From Minisyncoccota bacterium (lineage in GTDB: Bacteria > Patescibacteriota > Minisyncoccia > JAHIHE01 > JAGLIN01), in the NCBI GenBank assembly GCA_041661265.1, contig JBAZUT010000005.1, positions 27,038 through 91,037 on the forward strand: a stretch of 64,000 nt of DNA, read 5' to 3'. Below are positions 21,743 through 31,397 of this stretch, piece by piece (within the stretch, counting starts at the first letter, position 1; the number at the start of each line of letters is the position of its first letter). The notes beneath the pieces are model-generated. The model had not been told where the DNA came from. It worked only from the letters and a program-made list of their open reading frames with translations, and searched no databases. The position numbers and the translations under genes were made by a program.

Positions 21743-22666
21743 TTAATAAAATCTTATCTCGATCTGCGATAGTTTCAGATTCAAATATATATCCACTTTC
21801 TTTTCGGATTCGCCATAATTCATGCTTGTGTATTCTTTAAATCCCTGAGTAAGCCCAAGCTCGGCAAAATTATCCACTATGAACATTTTCTCGAGTTTCA
21901 ATTTTACGCCGACTTTTTTCGGTATCTCAAGGGTTACGTACGAACTGTTCGCATTAATGCTCATCCTGCCCGACTTTGGCGCAACTATTATTCTGCTTGA
22001 ACTGAAATTGGATTCAAGATTAAAATCTGCAACCGATAGTTTTGAAAGATCTATCTCGTTTATAGTGGTATAGGTTTTCAGATTCAGCTTGATAGGGGCT
22101 TCCTTATTCAATCTGAAATCCCAATTATGATCGCCATCCCACGGACTATAAATATAATTGCTGACACTGCTGTCGGCTATCTGATAAAGATCTTCTTTTT
22201 CGAAGGTCTTGGATACCAAATTCGGCTCCTCTCCTTGCGGCATAGACATATCAACGCTGAACAATTCAGCTCCTCCATCGCTTATTTGAAGTTTTCCGGA
22301 ATAGAAATCAAGGCTCAGATCTGCTGTTTTTTCCGGCGATAAATTATCACGGCTGATCTTCTGTTTTTCAATTATTCTGGGCTGAAAGATGTTCCCATCC
22401 TGCGCAACATTTATCAGACCGAAAGTAACCCCCATCACGACAAGCGGCGCCAAGACTCGCAAAAAAGAAAGACGGGTTCTCCTTAAAATAAGGTCAATTC
22501 CGACAATAATAAAAAGCAGCGGCCAAAGCCTCAATAATTGAAAAACCATATTCCATTTTACAAAACCCAACGACATCCACAAGAAAATAAAACCCAAAAA
22601 CAGGATATATAATCCGTTGGATACCCTGTCTACATTAAACTTTATATCCATAGATATATCTGACAT
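21743..22666 (-). CDS. hypothetical membrane-anchored protein with a beta-rich exodomain
   Basis: N-terminal transmembrane helices followed by a ~200-aa soluble domain. Confidence 0.5.
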   Translation of the reverse strand: MSDISMDIKFNVDRVSNGLYILFLGFIFLWMSLGFVKWNMVFQLLRLWPLLFIIVGIDLILRRTRLSFLRVLAPLVVMGVTFGLINVAQDGNIFQPRIIEKQKISRDNLSPEKTADLSLDFYSGKLQISDGGAELFSVDMSMPQGEEPNLVSKTFEKEDLYQIADSSVSNYIYSPWDGDHNWDFRLNKEAPIKLNLKTYTTINEIDLSKLSVADFNLESNFSSSRIIVAPKSGRMSINANSSYVTLEIPKKVGVKLKLEKMFIVDNFAELGLTQGFKEYTSMNYGESEKKVDIYLNLKLSQIEIRFY

Positions 22667-22757
22667 TTAATATAACTATTATAGCACAGATTCGCCGATA
22701 CAACAAAACAAGAATGAGTGGTTACATTCTTGTTCCGGCCCGATTCCGATATTCGAT

Positions 22758-23402
22758 CTATTTACCGAGTTCTGCATCGATCTCTCTCTTGAAATCCTCC
22801 AATCTCGGCAAATATCTGTCGTTTTCGGAATTCACAAGAAGCCTTCCGTTAATATAGAAAGTCGGGGTTCCGACTATCCCGTCTTTATTTCCTTGCTCCG
22901 TATCTTTTTCTATCTTATCTTTGTGACTATCACTGTCAAGACAAGGATTAAAAATATCCACGTTAAGACCGATTTCCCCGGCATATTTTCTTAAGCTATC
23001 AACTCCCAGATTTCCCCGGCTTTCATAAAGAGCATTATGCATCTCTGTAAATTTTCCCTGGTCTCTTGCACATTCCGAGGCAACCGCAGCTTTCATGGCA
23101 TACTCATGGAATGGCAAGGGAAAATGCCTGTATTCCAGAAAAACCTTATCCCCGTACTCGCTTAATATCCGTTCAACAACAAAATGTTCATTGATACAGG
23201 CCGGACATTGATAGTCGCCATATTCGATTATTGCCACTTTTCCGTCCTTTTTTTCATAATCAATATTGGCATGGGAATTTGCGTCACCGCCTGTCGAGTT
23301 AAAAAAATAGAATAATGCCGCCAGGACGGATATGAACGCCAGAAGCAAGAAAATCGGATTGGAAAATAAGTTATTGAATGAATTTGCCTGTTTGTTATTC
23401 AT
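22758..23402 (-). CDS. DsbA-like thiol:disulfide oxidoreductase (thioredoxin fold), membrane-anchored
   Basis: Signal-anchor followed by CxxC (YQCPAC); overlaps lgt by 4 nt. Confidence 0.7.
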   Translation of the reverse strand: MNNKQANSFNNLFSNPIFLLLAFISVLAALFYFFNSTGGDANSHANIDYEKKDGKVAIIEYGDYQCPACINEHFVVERILSEYGDKVFLEYRHFPLPFHEYAMKAAVASECARDQGKFTEMHNALYESRGNLGVDSLRKYAGEIGLNVDIFNPCLDSDSHKDKIEKDTEQGNKDGIVGTPTFYINGRLLVNSENDRYLPRLEDFKREIDAELGK

Positions 23403-24160
23403 TTTTGTATTTTATTTGATAATAATCTATAAAGATAATATACGGAAACCGGAAATACTGCAAGCAATGACAGTTGCGTGTAAGTGAGATCGAAATAGCG
23501 GCTTTCACAGATCCCGAGATCCGCGCAACGCGTAAAATCAAATATGAATCTGAAAACTGAATACAGTACAAGGAAAACAAAAAAGATCGCTCCGGCCCTA
23601 AAATACGACTTTCTTTTTTCAAGATACCAGATAATGCAAAAAATAACAACATTTCCGAGAAGAAGATAAAGAGAAGCCGGATGCCTCCAGGATCCGTCCG
23701 AATATGCGATGCTCCATGGAAGATCCGTTATGCTCCCAACATGGTCATAGACAAGAAAACAGCCGGTCCTGATGAATATAAGCGCAACGGCAAGTCCCGG
23801 CGTCAGAATGTCCGCAACTTTCAGAACATCCAGCTTTTTATATTTGAGATACGAATAAATTGTGACTGCTGAAAATATCGCCCCTCCGAAAAAAGAAAAT
23901 CCTCCGCCATAAATCAAGCTGTCGATGGAAATATCACGTGCTGCTGAAAATATAATATAAAATATTTTTGCGCCGGCTATCATTACAATAAGTGCGATAA
24001 GAAATGAATTGTAAATCACTTCCTCATCGATCCCGGCTTTTTTCGCCCTAACCAAAGAAATAAACAGCGAAAACAATACTCCGAGAGATGCAAAAAATCC
24101 CCACATTTGCAATGTTATCGGTCCGACTTGTATCGAACTAAGCGGGAAATAAGGGATCAT
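23399..24160 (-). CDS. lgt: prolipoprotein diacylglyceryl transferase
   Basis: N-terminus IQVGPITLQMWGFFASLGVLFSL and overall Lgt topology, including the YGGxxSFxGG-like block. Confidence 0.8.
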   Translation of the reverse strand: MIPYFPLSSIQVGPITLQMWGFFASLGVLFSLFISLVRAKKAGIDEEVIYNSFLIALIVMIAGAKIFYIIFSAARDISIDSLIYGGGFSFFGGAIFSAVTIYSYLKYKKLDVLKVADILTPGLAVALIFIRTGCFLVYDHVGSITDLPWSIAYSDGSWRHPASLYLLLGNVVIFCIIWYLEKRKSYFRAGAIFFVFLVLYSVFRFIFDFTRCADLGICESRYFDLTYTQLSLLAVFPVSVYYLYRLLSNKIQK

Positions 24161-24302
24161 GGAATGGATTTAATTAATTATGATATCATTTTATTATCAC
24201 ATAGGTCCGTTTATCGTATTTTATGGGTCTTGATTTTTATGTTTTTTTATGCTATACTATAAGAGCAATTGGGTGAACTTTAATCAATTATAAGACAAAA
24301 AA

Positions 24303-24521
24303 ATGCCAAAATTCGAAGAAGCAGGAGTCGTATATGGACCAGATGTTAACAAACCTACAGTAGAAGATCTCGAGAAAGAAGGCGTGGATGTTAAGATTAA
24401 AAATAGACCTGACGGAAATATGGTTATTGCGACAGAAAAACCTTCCGATGATACTGAAAAGAAAGACAAAGAAAACATGGAAGAAACCCTGAAAAAGCAT
24501 GGCGTTGACTCGATACAGTAA
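24303..24521 (+). CDS. hypothetical small acidic protein
   Basis: 72-aa ORF with no clear RBS. Confidence 0.3.
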   Translation: MPKFEEAGVVYGPDVNKPTVEDLEKEGVDVKIKNRPDGNMVIATEKPSDDTEKKDKENMEETLKKHGVDSIQ

Positions 24522-24539
24522 TAATACCAACATCGGTTT

Positions 24540-25784
24540 TCAAAGGACGGCAGAAATGCCGTTCCTTTTTATTCTTTTCAGCTTTCGCAGGCTCCTGTGA
24601 TAATTTATCGCAAATCTGTGCGCCTCATCGCGTATTTTTTTTATAAAGCTGACGTCTGGGAACATGAAACCCCGGCTTGCCGAAAAAAACAGTTTCTCCC
24701 CTTTCCGGGAAGGACCCTTGGCGATAGAAACGATGGGAATCTTGTAACCATAGCTTTCAATAACGGCCTGTGCCATATTCTTTTGGCCCAGCCCGCCATC
24801 AATAACAACAAGATCAGGCATTGACCAATCAGAACGCCTGAATCTTCTTTCGAGCACCTCCTTCAGCATTGCAACGTCATTCGATCCAGAAACTTTCTTT
24901 ATTCTGAATTTCCTGTATTCGCCTTTATCCGGCTTTCCGTCAGTGAATACCGCCATACTGCCGACAGAAAGCTCGCCCGAGATATTTGATATATCATAGC
25001 ACTCCGCGCGATGAGGATATTTCCGGAAGGACTCCGCCAGAACATCTTCTCTTTTGATGAAAGCAATATCCCTGATGTGTTCCAGCGCAAAGATCGTATT
25101 TCTGATCTTTCCGGCATTTTCAAAATTCATTTTTTTCGACTCTTCTTTCATTTCTCTCTTCAATTTCTTCAATATCCTTTCTCTCCTGCCCTCCAGAAAA
25201 AGTCGTATATTACTTATTATTTTGGCATACTGTGAAAGCGAAACATCTTCTATTCTTCCCGAAGAATATCCTTTCATGTAATATCTTCGATAAAGACCGG
25301 AAGTCCCCCTCCCCTTTTCGGGCGGATCAAATGTCCTGATCAGAAAGTCAACGACCTGCAGAGCGCTATCCTTGCTGAGATACGGACCGAAAACATACTT
25401 GGCTTTGGGTTTTTTCCTGTCGGTTGGCCTTGCCACGATGATCCTCGGATATTTTTCATCAGTTATCAGGATATTCGCGAATGATTTGTCATCCTTGAGT
25501 TTAATATTGTATTTCGGCATATATCGCATGACAAGATTCGCCTCAAGGATCAACGCCTCGACCGCGCTTGCAGTATTTCTGTAACCGATATCCGCCACTT
25601 CACCTATGAGCTTTTCGGTCTTATTGTCCAGCGCTTTTGAAAAATAAGAATACACCCTTTTTTTCAAAGATGTCGCTTTCCCGATATAGATAATTTCCCC
25701 CGATGCACCCTTCATTATATATACACCCGGAGAATCCGGAAAATTTCTTATTTTTTTCTTTAATTTGTTTGAATTATCTGACAT
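24540..25784 (-). CDS. uvrC: UvrC-like excinuclease (GIY-YIG plus RNase H-like domain; lacks the C-terminal (HhH)2 domain)
   Basis: N-terminal GIY-YIG motif (PGVYIMKGASGEIIYIGKATSLKKRVYSYF) and a later LVVIDGGLGQ block; at 414 aa it is much shorter than canonical UvrC (~600 aa). Confidence 0.65.
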   Translation of the reverse strand: MSDNSNKLKKKIRNFPDSPGVYIMKGASGEIIYIGKATSLKKRVYSYFSKALDNKTEKLIGEVADIGYRNTASAVEALILEANLVMRYMPKYNIKLKDDKSFANILITDEKYPRIIVARPTDRKKPKAKYVFGPYLSKDSALQVVDFLIRTFDPPEKGRGTSGLYRRYYMKGYSSGRIEDVSLSQYAKIISNIRLFLEGRRERILKKLKREMKEESKKMNFENAGKIRNTIFALEHIRDIAFIKREDVLAESFRKYPHRAECYDISNISGELSVGSMAVFTDGKPDKGEYRKFRIKKVSGSNDVAMLKEVLERRFRRSDWSMPDLVVIDGGLGQKNMAQAVIESYGYKIPIVSIAKGPSRKGEKLFFSASRGFMFPDVSFIKKIRDEAHRFAINYHRSLRKLKRIKRNGISAVL

Positions 25785-25989
25785 GTATATTACATTTTAT
25801 ATAAATATGCGTGCTGACAGTTCTTAATTTACTAAACTAATGCAACCATGCTTTAAGCATTCTGTCATTAAAAATTTAATAGAAATTTAAAATTAGAAAT
25901 TAGAAATTATCTGCAAGCTAAAGACTGCCATAATAATACCATAGGTCTAACTATGGTATAAATCAATACGCTATGTTATGCAATAGCCA

Positions 25990-26295
25990 TTAGCACACAT
26001 TCTCCATCCGTATAGCCTTAACGGGGCATTCTACATCGCAGATCCCGCAGCCTTTGCAAAAATCCATATCGGTTTCCCCGACTTCCATCTTTTCTCTTCC
26101 ATCCTCAAGCTTGATCTTTTTTACTTTTATCGCCATGTCAGGACAGAAAACAGCACACCGCATGCAGTGGATGCACCTGTCTTTGTCGCGAATGGGCATT
26201 TTTGCTTTCCAGCTTCCCGTTTTGAACTGCTTCGAGTTTCCGGCCTCGATTATTTTTCCGCCTATTGGTATTTCTTTTGAAGTTTTTAGCGCCAT
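25990..26295 (-). CDS. porD: pyruvate/2-oxoacid:ferredoxin oxidoreductase delta subunit (2x[4Fe-4S] ferredoxin)
   Basis: CIHCMRCAVFCP and CKGCGICDVECP motifs. Confidence 0.75.
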   Translation of the reverse strand: MALKTSKEIPIGGKIIEAGNSKQFKTGSWKAKMPIRDKDRCIHCMRCAVFCPDMAIKVKKIKLEDGREKMEVGETDMDFCKGCGICDVECPVKAIRMENVC

Positions 26296-26359
26296 AGTGA
26301 AGTTATTTTAATATTTTAACAAACAGGCATTTAAACGCTTTTAATTTGATCTTAAATTT

Positions 26360-26938
26360 CTATTTGGCATTTGAAATTACTCTGTATCCCTCTTTCAGCG
26401 CCTCGACATTCTTGTTCACAATATCTTCCGAAACCTTCTTCCCGAACATCTCTTTCGTTTCTTCGATGGCGTGTTCATACGGGATCAGCGGAACAAGCTT
26501 GATCATCGCTCCCATTATCGCGGTATTCGGAAGATCTCTTCCGATTATCCGCATTGCTATCCCCTTGGCATCGATTATATAGATCTTGCAATTCTTTTTA
26601 CTCAGCTTGCTCCTGACATTTTCAGCCGTATCGCAAGTGTTTACTATGACAATGCCATCATCAATGAGTCCGCCTGCAACGTCAACGCTCGGAAGAAGCG
26701 ACGGATCAAGAACCACGACCATGTCCGGCGACTCGACATCGCTGTATATCCTTATGGGCTTCTCACTCACACGAAGAAATGTCTTCATCGGGGCCCCCGA
26801 CCTCTCCGGTCCGTATTCGGAAAAAGCCTGCGCAAAAATATCCTCTTCAATTGCCGCCTCGGCGATGACCTGAGCAGCCGTCTTTGCGCCTTGTCCTCCC
26901 CTTGAATGAATCCTTATTTGATATATTTCTCCAATCAT
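26360..26938 (-). CDS. porG: pyruvate/2-oxoacid:ferredoxin oxidoreductase gamma subunit
   Basis: RIHSRGGQGAKTAAQ N-terminal signature of the PorG/KorC family. Confidence 0.75.
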   Translation of the reverse strand: MIGEIYQIRIHSRGGQGAKTAAQVIAEAAIEEDIFAQAFSEYGPERSGAPMKTFLRVSEKPIRIYSDVESPDMVVVLDPSLLPSVDVAGGLIDDGIVIVNTCDTAENVRSKLSKKNCKIYIIDAKGIAMRIIGRDLPNTAIMGAMIKLVPLIPYEHAIEETKEMFGKKVSEDIVNKNVEALKEGYRVISNAK

Positions 26939-27005
26939 TTTTTTAGGTTACATTTTATCTTTATGAGTATATTATACGTTTTTTTCCGTAATTTGTAAAA
27001 GCCGG

Positions 27006-27377
27006 CTAATAAATGGGATCACCTATAACAACTACCGTCAACGAATACGTCAGCGTGGCAAAAAACAAAACGATCAAACCGAACTTCAGCATTTTCTTGA
27101 ACATTTGTTCTTTTTCTTTATTATCGGTAAGGCGATAAATAATATATCCAGCTCCTCCGCATATAACAGTTAAGACTGAAAATGTTGCGATAATTCCCAA
27201 CAGCCAGTCATTTACATTCATTAATAATATTTTTATGTCTTGAGGCAAAATACTCTTTTCGGAAACAATATACGATGGCGATATGAAAATATTGAATAAA
27301 TAAATATAAACAACCCACACGATCAACGCAATAATTACTTTTACTATTTTCATATTTTTCCTGTCATATTTTTCCAT
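27006..27377 (-). CDS. hypothetical small membrane protein
   Basis: 123 aa with three transmembrane helices. Confidence 0.45.
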   Translation of the reverse strand: MEKYDRKNMKIVKVIIALIVWVVYIYLFNIFISPSYIVSEKSILPQDIKILLMNVNDWLLGIIATFSVLTVICGGAGYIIYRLTDNKEKEQMFKKMLKFGLIVLFFATLTYSLTVVVIGDPIY

Positions 27378-28465
27378 TATTTTGACATTTTAATAATCTC
27401 CTTTGCGATCATCAGTTCCTCATCGGTTTTGATCACGAGTTTTTTTATGTCTTTTATATCTTTATATCCCACCAGAATCATCTTTTTTATCTGAGTACTT
27501 CTGAATCCCACAGTTCCGGAAAAAACAATGGCATCCACATCTCCCAATATCGCTTTATATGCTCCGATGTATTTCCTGATCCTGTACGCATAGATCTGAA
27601 GAGTGCTTATCATTTTTTCATTCCCCAGCTTTGCGTTGTGGGATATTTCATAAATGCTGTCATTTTCGGTCTCGGCAAGGCCTTTCAGTCCGCTTTCCCG
27701 GTTCAGAAGATAGTCCACATCGAATGCCCTTCCTTTCCCGGTATAATCCTTTATTTCTATATCGGTATTTTTGATCAGCTCGAGGATGACTCCAGGATCC
27801 AGATCGCCGCATCTTGAGGCCATCGGAAGCCCTTCCATAGGAGTGAAACCCATGGATGTATCGATCGCCCGTCCCTTCCTTATCGCGGTTATGCTGGCTC
27901 CTCCCCCGAGATGGCATGTGATAAGATTCAGCCTCTTTGCCGGCTTCCCGAGCTGCTTTGCCGCTTCAAGCATAATATAGTTATGCGAGATCCCATGAAA
28001 ACCATATCGCCTGATGCCATATTTTTCAAACATCCGGCGCGGTATGGCATAAAGATATGCGTATTCCGGAAGATCCCTATAGAATGCCGTGTCGAACACC
28101 GCAACATTTTGCGCACCCCCTATGATCTCCATTGATGCCCTTATCCCTTCCAGATTGGCGGGATTATGAAGCGGAGCGAGATGACTGACTTTTTCGATCT
28201 CTTTCAAAATTTCAGGATTAACCAAAATAGGCTCGGAATATTTTCCACCCCCATGAACCACTCTGTGTCCGACATATTTGATATTCTCGACATTCCCGAT
28301 CTTGCCTATGGCCTCTTTCAGCGCCTCAGTGTGATTCTTTATTTCTCCCTTGCCTATGTCTTCGATAAATCCCGAATTTAATTCTTTCAACTTGAAATCA
28401 AAAAGCTTGTACTTCAGAGAAGTGCTGCCGGAATTGAGAACCAGGATTTGATCATTGATATTCAT
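27377..28465 (-). CDS. ackA: acetate kinase
   Basis: ILVLNSGSTSLKYKLFD N-terminal ASKHA motif, ...VGHRVVHGG..., and ITCHLGGGASI. Confidence 0.85.
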   Translation of the reverse strand: MNINDQILVLNSGSTSLKYKLFDFKLKELNSGFIEDIGKGEIKNHTEALKEAIGKIGNVENIKYVGHRVVHGGGKYSEPILVNPEILKEIEKVSHLAPLHNPANLEGIRASMEIIGGAQNVAVFDTAFYRDLPEYAYLYAIPRRMFEKYGIRRYGFHGISHNYIMLEAAKQLGKPAKRLNLITCHLGGGASITAIRKGRAIDTSMGFTPMEGLPMASRCGDLDPGVILELIKNTDIEIKDYTGKGRAFDVDYLLNRESGLKGLAETENDSIYEISHNAKLGNEKMISTLQIYAYRIRKYIGAYKAILGDVDAIVFSGTVGFRSTQIKKMILVGYKDIKDIKKLVIKTDEELMIAKEIIKMSK

Positions 28466-28531
28466 AATTAAATAATTTATTTCTTAGCGCCAACAAGGAT
28501 ATTTCAGAAAATATATAACTAAACTGTAAGA

Positions 28532-29413
28532 TTATTGATATTTAGGAACAATTTTCGACCAAGTATCAGGGTTTCCATCATAACACTCATAAATATGCAC
28601 ATATATTAAATCGTATTCACAATTATCCTCATTATTCAAGGTGTATTCTTTTGTCTCTCCCGCCTTTATTCCATCATCGTTTCTCAAAAAATCCTTATAA
28701 TTCAACGCGGTCCCGCCCCAAACAACTCCTCCGCGCTTGCATCTTCCCGCGTAAAATTCAACATTATCAACATCCCGAGTTCCTGTATTCTTAATTTTTA
28801 AATAAATATTCTTGCTTAGGTCTGAGCTTTGCTTGATAATTTCAATTCTTTTCTCCATACACGATGTTGGCTCTTCTATTGTTATCGTGGCTGAATCTCT
28901 AATATTATAACCACCCCCAAGTCCGCCAGGTCCGCTTCTGACACTACAAAATATTAAAACCCTATAGTCATCGGGATAAATTGACCATTTAAAATATTTA
29001 TAGTTATTTGCTTTTATGTCCCATTCAAATTCACGAGACTGCTGATCCCAAATAAATGGATTTTTAGAAACGCTGTCCATTTTAAATTCTGTTCGCGTTT
29101 GTGAATATACTACATCGGGTCTTGTTCCAGCAATATCCATTCTACAAACTCCGCCAATACCATCAAGAACAGTTATTTCAACCGGTTCTCCATAGGCATA
29201 AGTACGTTTATTGGTTTTAATATATTGAGATATATTAGGCTTCTCCGGCTCTGATTTTAGAGAATCGGCCTCAGGCTTCTCCGGCTCTGATTTTAGAGAA
29301 TCGGCCTCAGACTTCTCCGGCTCTGATTTTAAGATACTGATAAATAACAGAGTTATTATCCCAAAAATGACAAACAACAATGCAATTGTTTTAATAACAT
29401 GTTTATATATCAT
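28532..29413 (-). CDS. secreted/anchored hypothetical protein with SEPEK(S/P)EADSLK tandem repeats
   Basis: Signal-anchor followed by ~2.5 copies of a 12-aa repeat (36-nt DNA repeat at ~29224-29330) and a Cys-containing globular domain. Confidence 0.55.
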   Translation of the reverse strand: MIYKHVIKTIALLFVIFGIITLLFISILKSEPEKSEADSLKSEPEKPEADSLKSEPEKPNISQYIKTNKRTYAYGEPVEITVLDGIGGVCRMDIAGTRPDVVYSQTRTEFKMDSVSKNPFIWDQQSREFEWDIKANNYKYFKWSIYPDDYRVLIFCSVRSGPGGLGGGYNIRDSATITIEEPTSCMEKRIEIIKQSSDLSKNIYLKIKNTGTRDVDNVEFYAGRCKRGGVVWGGTALNYKDFLRNDDGIKAGETKEYTLNNEDNCEYDLIYVHIYECYDGNPDTWSKIVPKYQ

Positions 29414-29551
29414 ATTATTTTATATTATTCAATTGGATAATCCCTGAACAATATCATCTTTTGTAAAAATATATTTATTCTGGGAATACATCGACTCATC
29501 GCAATTATCTTGATCTTTTTTCCGTCATTTTTCACTTTTCAATTTCAATTT

Positions 29552-30127
29552 TTAGCTTAATATCACTTCCCCATCCCCGCAGCCCGCCATCCCCGCAGCA
29601 TTTCCTTCGTCAGTGTCTATATGGCAAGCCCATGCATAAGTCTTGTCGACCCGCGCAATGACATTGTCAAAAATCAGCCCTCTCTCTCCCCCCACCTTAA
29701 CTTTCATCACATCACCGTCTTTGATGCTTATTCCGGCCGCATCCTTAGGAGTCATATGGACATGCCTCTTGGCGACGATCACGCCTTCTTTTATATCAAT
29801 GCTCCCTTTGGGTCCCGTGACAGTTATTCCCGGAGTATCTTTTATATTTCCCGAAAGGCGGAGGGGCGGATTTATCCTGAAATTCCTCGCTTCAGTCTCC
29901 GTTATTTCAACCTGTGTGTAATTCCTTATGGGTCCCACTATGCGCACCCTTTTCATCTCAAATTCATCGTCTTTGATATCTACGGTCTCATTTGCCGCAA
30001 ACATACCGGGCTGAGACAGCTCTTTCTTGACCGTCAGTTCGGCCCCGGCGCCAAACAGCTTCTCAAAATCATCTTTATTGAGATGTATGTGATGAGCAGA
30101 GATCTCAACTTTAACTATTTTGTTCAT
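29552..30127 (-). CDS. pduL: PduL-type phosphate acyltransferase (phosphotransacetylase/propanoyltransferase)
   Basis: Two PduL repeats; SAHHIHL, RVRIVGP and HVHMTP blocks. Confidence 0.8.
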   Translation of the reverse strand: MNKIVKVEISAHHIHLNKDDFEKLFGAGAELTVKKELSQPGMFAANETVDIKDDEFEMKRVRIVGPIRNYTQVEITETEARNFRINPPLRLSGNIKDTPGITVTGPKGSIDIKEGVIVAKRHVHMTPKDAAGISIKDGDVMKVKVGGERGLIFDNVIARVDKTYAWACHIDTDEGNAAGMAGCGDGEVILS

Positions 30128-30223
30128 ATTTTTGCTTTGTTAATCAATAAACCTAACTTATTATAACATAAAAATCTCTAATAAGAACAGCTCTTTTCCA
30201 TAGGGACTGTCCTTTGAATGCCG

Positions 30224-31303
30224 CTATTTTCCACATATGATCTTTCTATATACCTCTTCATATCCATCGACCATTTTCTCAATGTTAAAATTTTCCCGGA
30301 CACGCTTCCGGCAATCAGACCGCTTGATCTTGCCTATGTTTTTTATGGCCTCTATCATTCCCTCTTCGTTTTCGACGATAAAGCCGGTTTTTCCATGTTC
30401 CACGACCTCCGGAACCGAACCGTTCCCAAAGGCTATAACGGGCGTCCCGCAAGCCATCGCTTCGATCATCACGAGCCCGAAAGGTTCCTGCCAGCGGACG
30501 GGAAAAAGGAATGCCTTGGCTCCGCCCAAAAAATCGGACAGCCTGCTCCTGTCCAAAAAACCCAGATCTTCGATCTCTCCCTGCTTGATATATGGCTTCA
30601 CCTTCTCGGCATAAAAACCATTGCCCCACGCGCTCCCGGCAATTTTCAATTTTTCTTTGGACCTTGTCGCGACATTCACCGCCGCATCGACTCCTTTTTC
30701 ATAGGTATATCTCCCGAGATATGCAAGATATCCTTCGTGATCGCCCCTGAATTTGAATCTGCCAAGATCAAGGCCGTTATAGACCGTTCTAACGTAATTC
30801 AGGTCCGGCATGCCCTTTCTCTGATTGTCGCTTATGGAAACATAATATGCCCTGTTCCTCCACGCGCAATAGCCGATCGCATTGTTCCAGGCGGAATCCA
30901 TCGGATCATGAAGCGTAAAAACCGTCGGAGTCTTTGTCTGATTCACGAACGGAAGAAGCTTCGGCACAAGATGGAAAGCATGGATTATATCATATTTCCC
31001 GCTCCCCGCATCTTCATACATCTTCGAGGCAAGGAGCTGTTCATAGACCGAAAGCTGAAGCTGATCATGAAATCCTCCATTCATCGGCTTGTCTTTCAGT
31101 TTGTAGAATGAAACCATGTCATTGGATATTTTTTTTGCCTCGATCCCGGAATCCGAAGAACAATAAAAAGTGACGTCGTGTCCGCGTTTTGACAATTCCC
31201 TAACCAAAATTTCCGCGAGGTCCATCGGAGCATAGATTATCTCTTTCGGAAGCGGACAGGAAAATTCATTCGTACAATAGATCGCTATCCTAAGTTTTGA
31301 CAT
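30224..31303 (-). CDS. family 4 glycosyltransferase
   Basis: FGLVMIEAMACGTPVIAFGNGSVPEVVEHGKTGFIV is a GT4 signature. Confidence 0.8.
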   Translation of the reverse strand: MSKLRIAIYCTNEFSCPLPKEIIYAPMDLAEILVRELSKRGHDVTFYCSSDSGIEAKKISNDMVSFYKLKDKPMNGGFHDQLQLSVYEQLLASKMYEDAGSGKYDIIHAFHLVPKLLPFVNQTKTPTVFTLHDPMDSAWNNAIGYCAWRNRAYYVSISDNQRKGMPDLNYVRTVYNGLDLGRFKFRGDHEGYLAYLGRYTYEKGVDAAVNVATRSKEKLKIAGSAWGNGFYAEKVKPYIKQGEIEDLGFLDRSRLSDFLGGAKAFLFPVRWQEPFGLVMIEAMACGTPVIAFGNGSVPEVVEHGKTGFIVENEEGMIEAIKNIGKIKRSDCRKRVRENFNIEKMVDGYEEVYRKIICGK

Positions 31304-31305
31304 TT
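31213..31305. repeat. copy 1 of an imperfect ~93-nt direct repeat (the 5' end of the GT4 gene plus its upstream region)
   Basis: 82/93 identical to 32286-32378 by manual alignment. Confidence 0.7.
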
Positions 31306-31397
31306 ATTATTTATTTGACATATTAAACTTTCTCGACCATATCCTGAGGAAATCTTCAGCTCCCGACCATGGAAACCGAATTTATGCATTATTAATA

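Noticed and set aside
29224-29330. Possible CRISPR-like repeats
   Set aside because: The repeats are contiguous with no spacers and lie in frame inside a coding sequence. No repeat-spacer array was seen anywhere in the window.
30218-31111. 297-aa plus-strand ORF
   Set aside because: It lies entirely antisense to the well-supported GT4 gene (30224-31303) and has no motifs; it is a shadow ORF.
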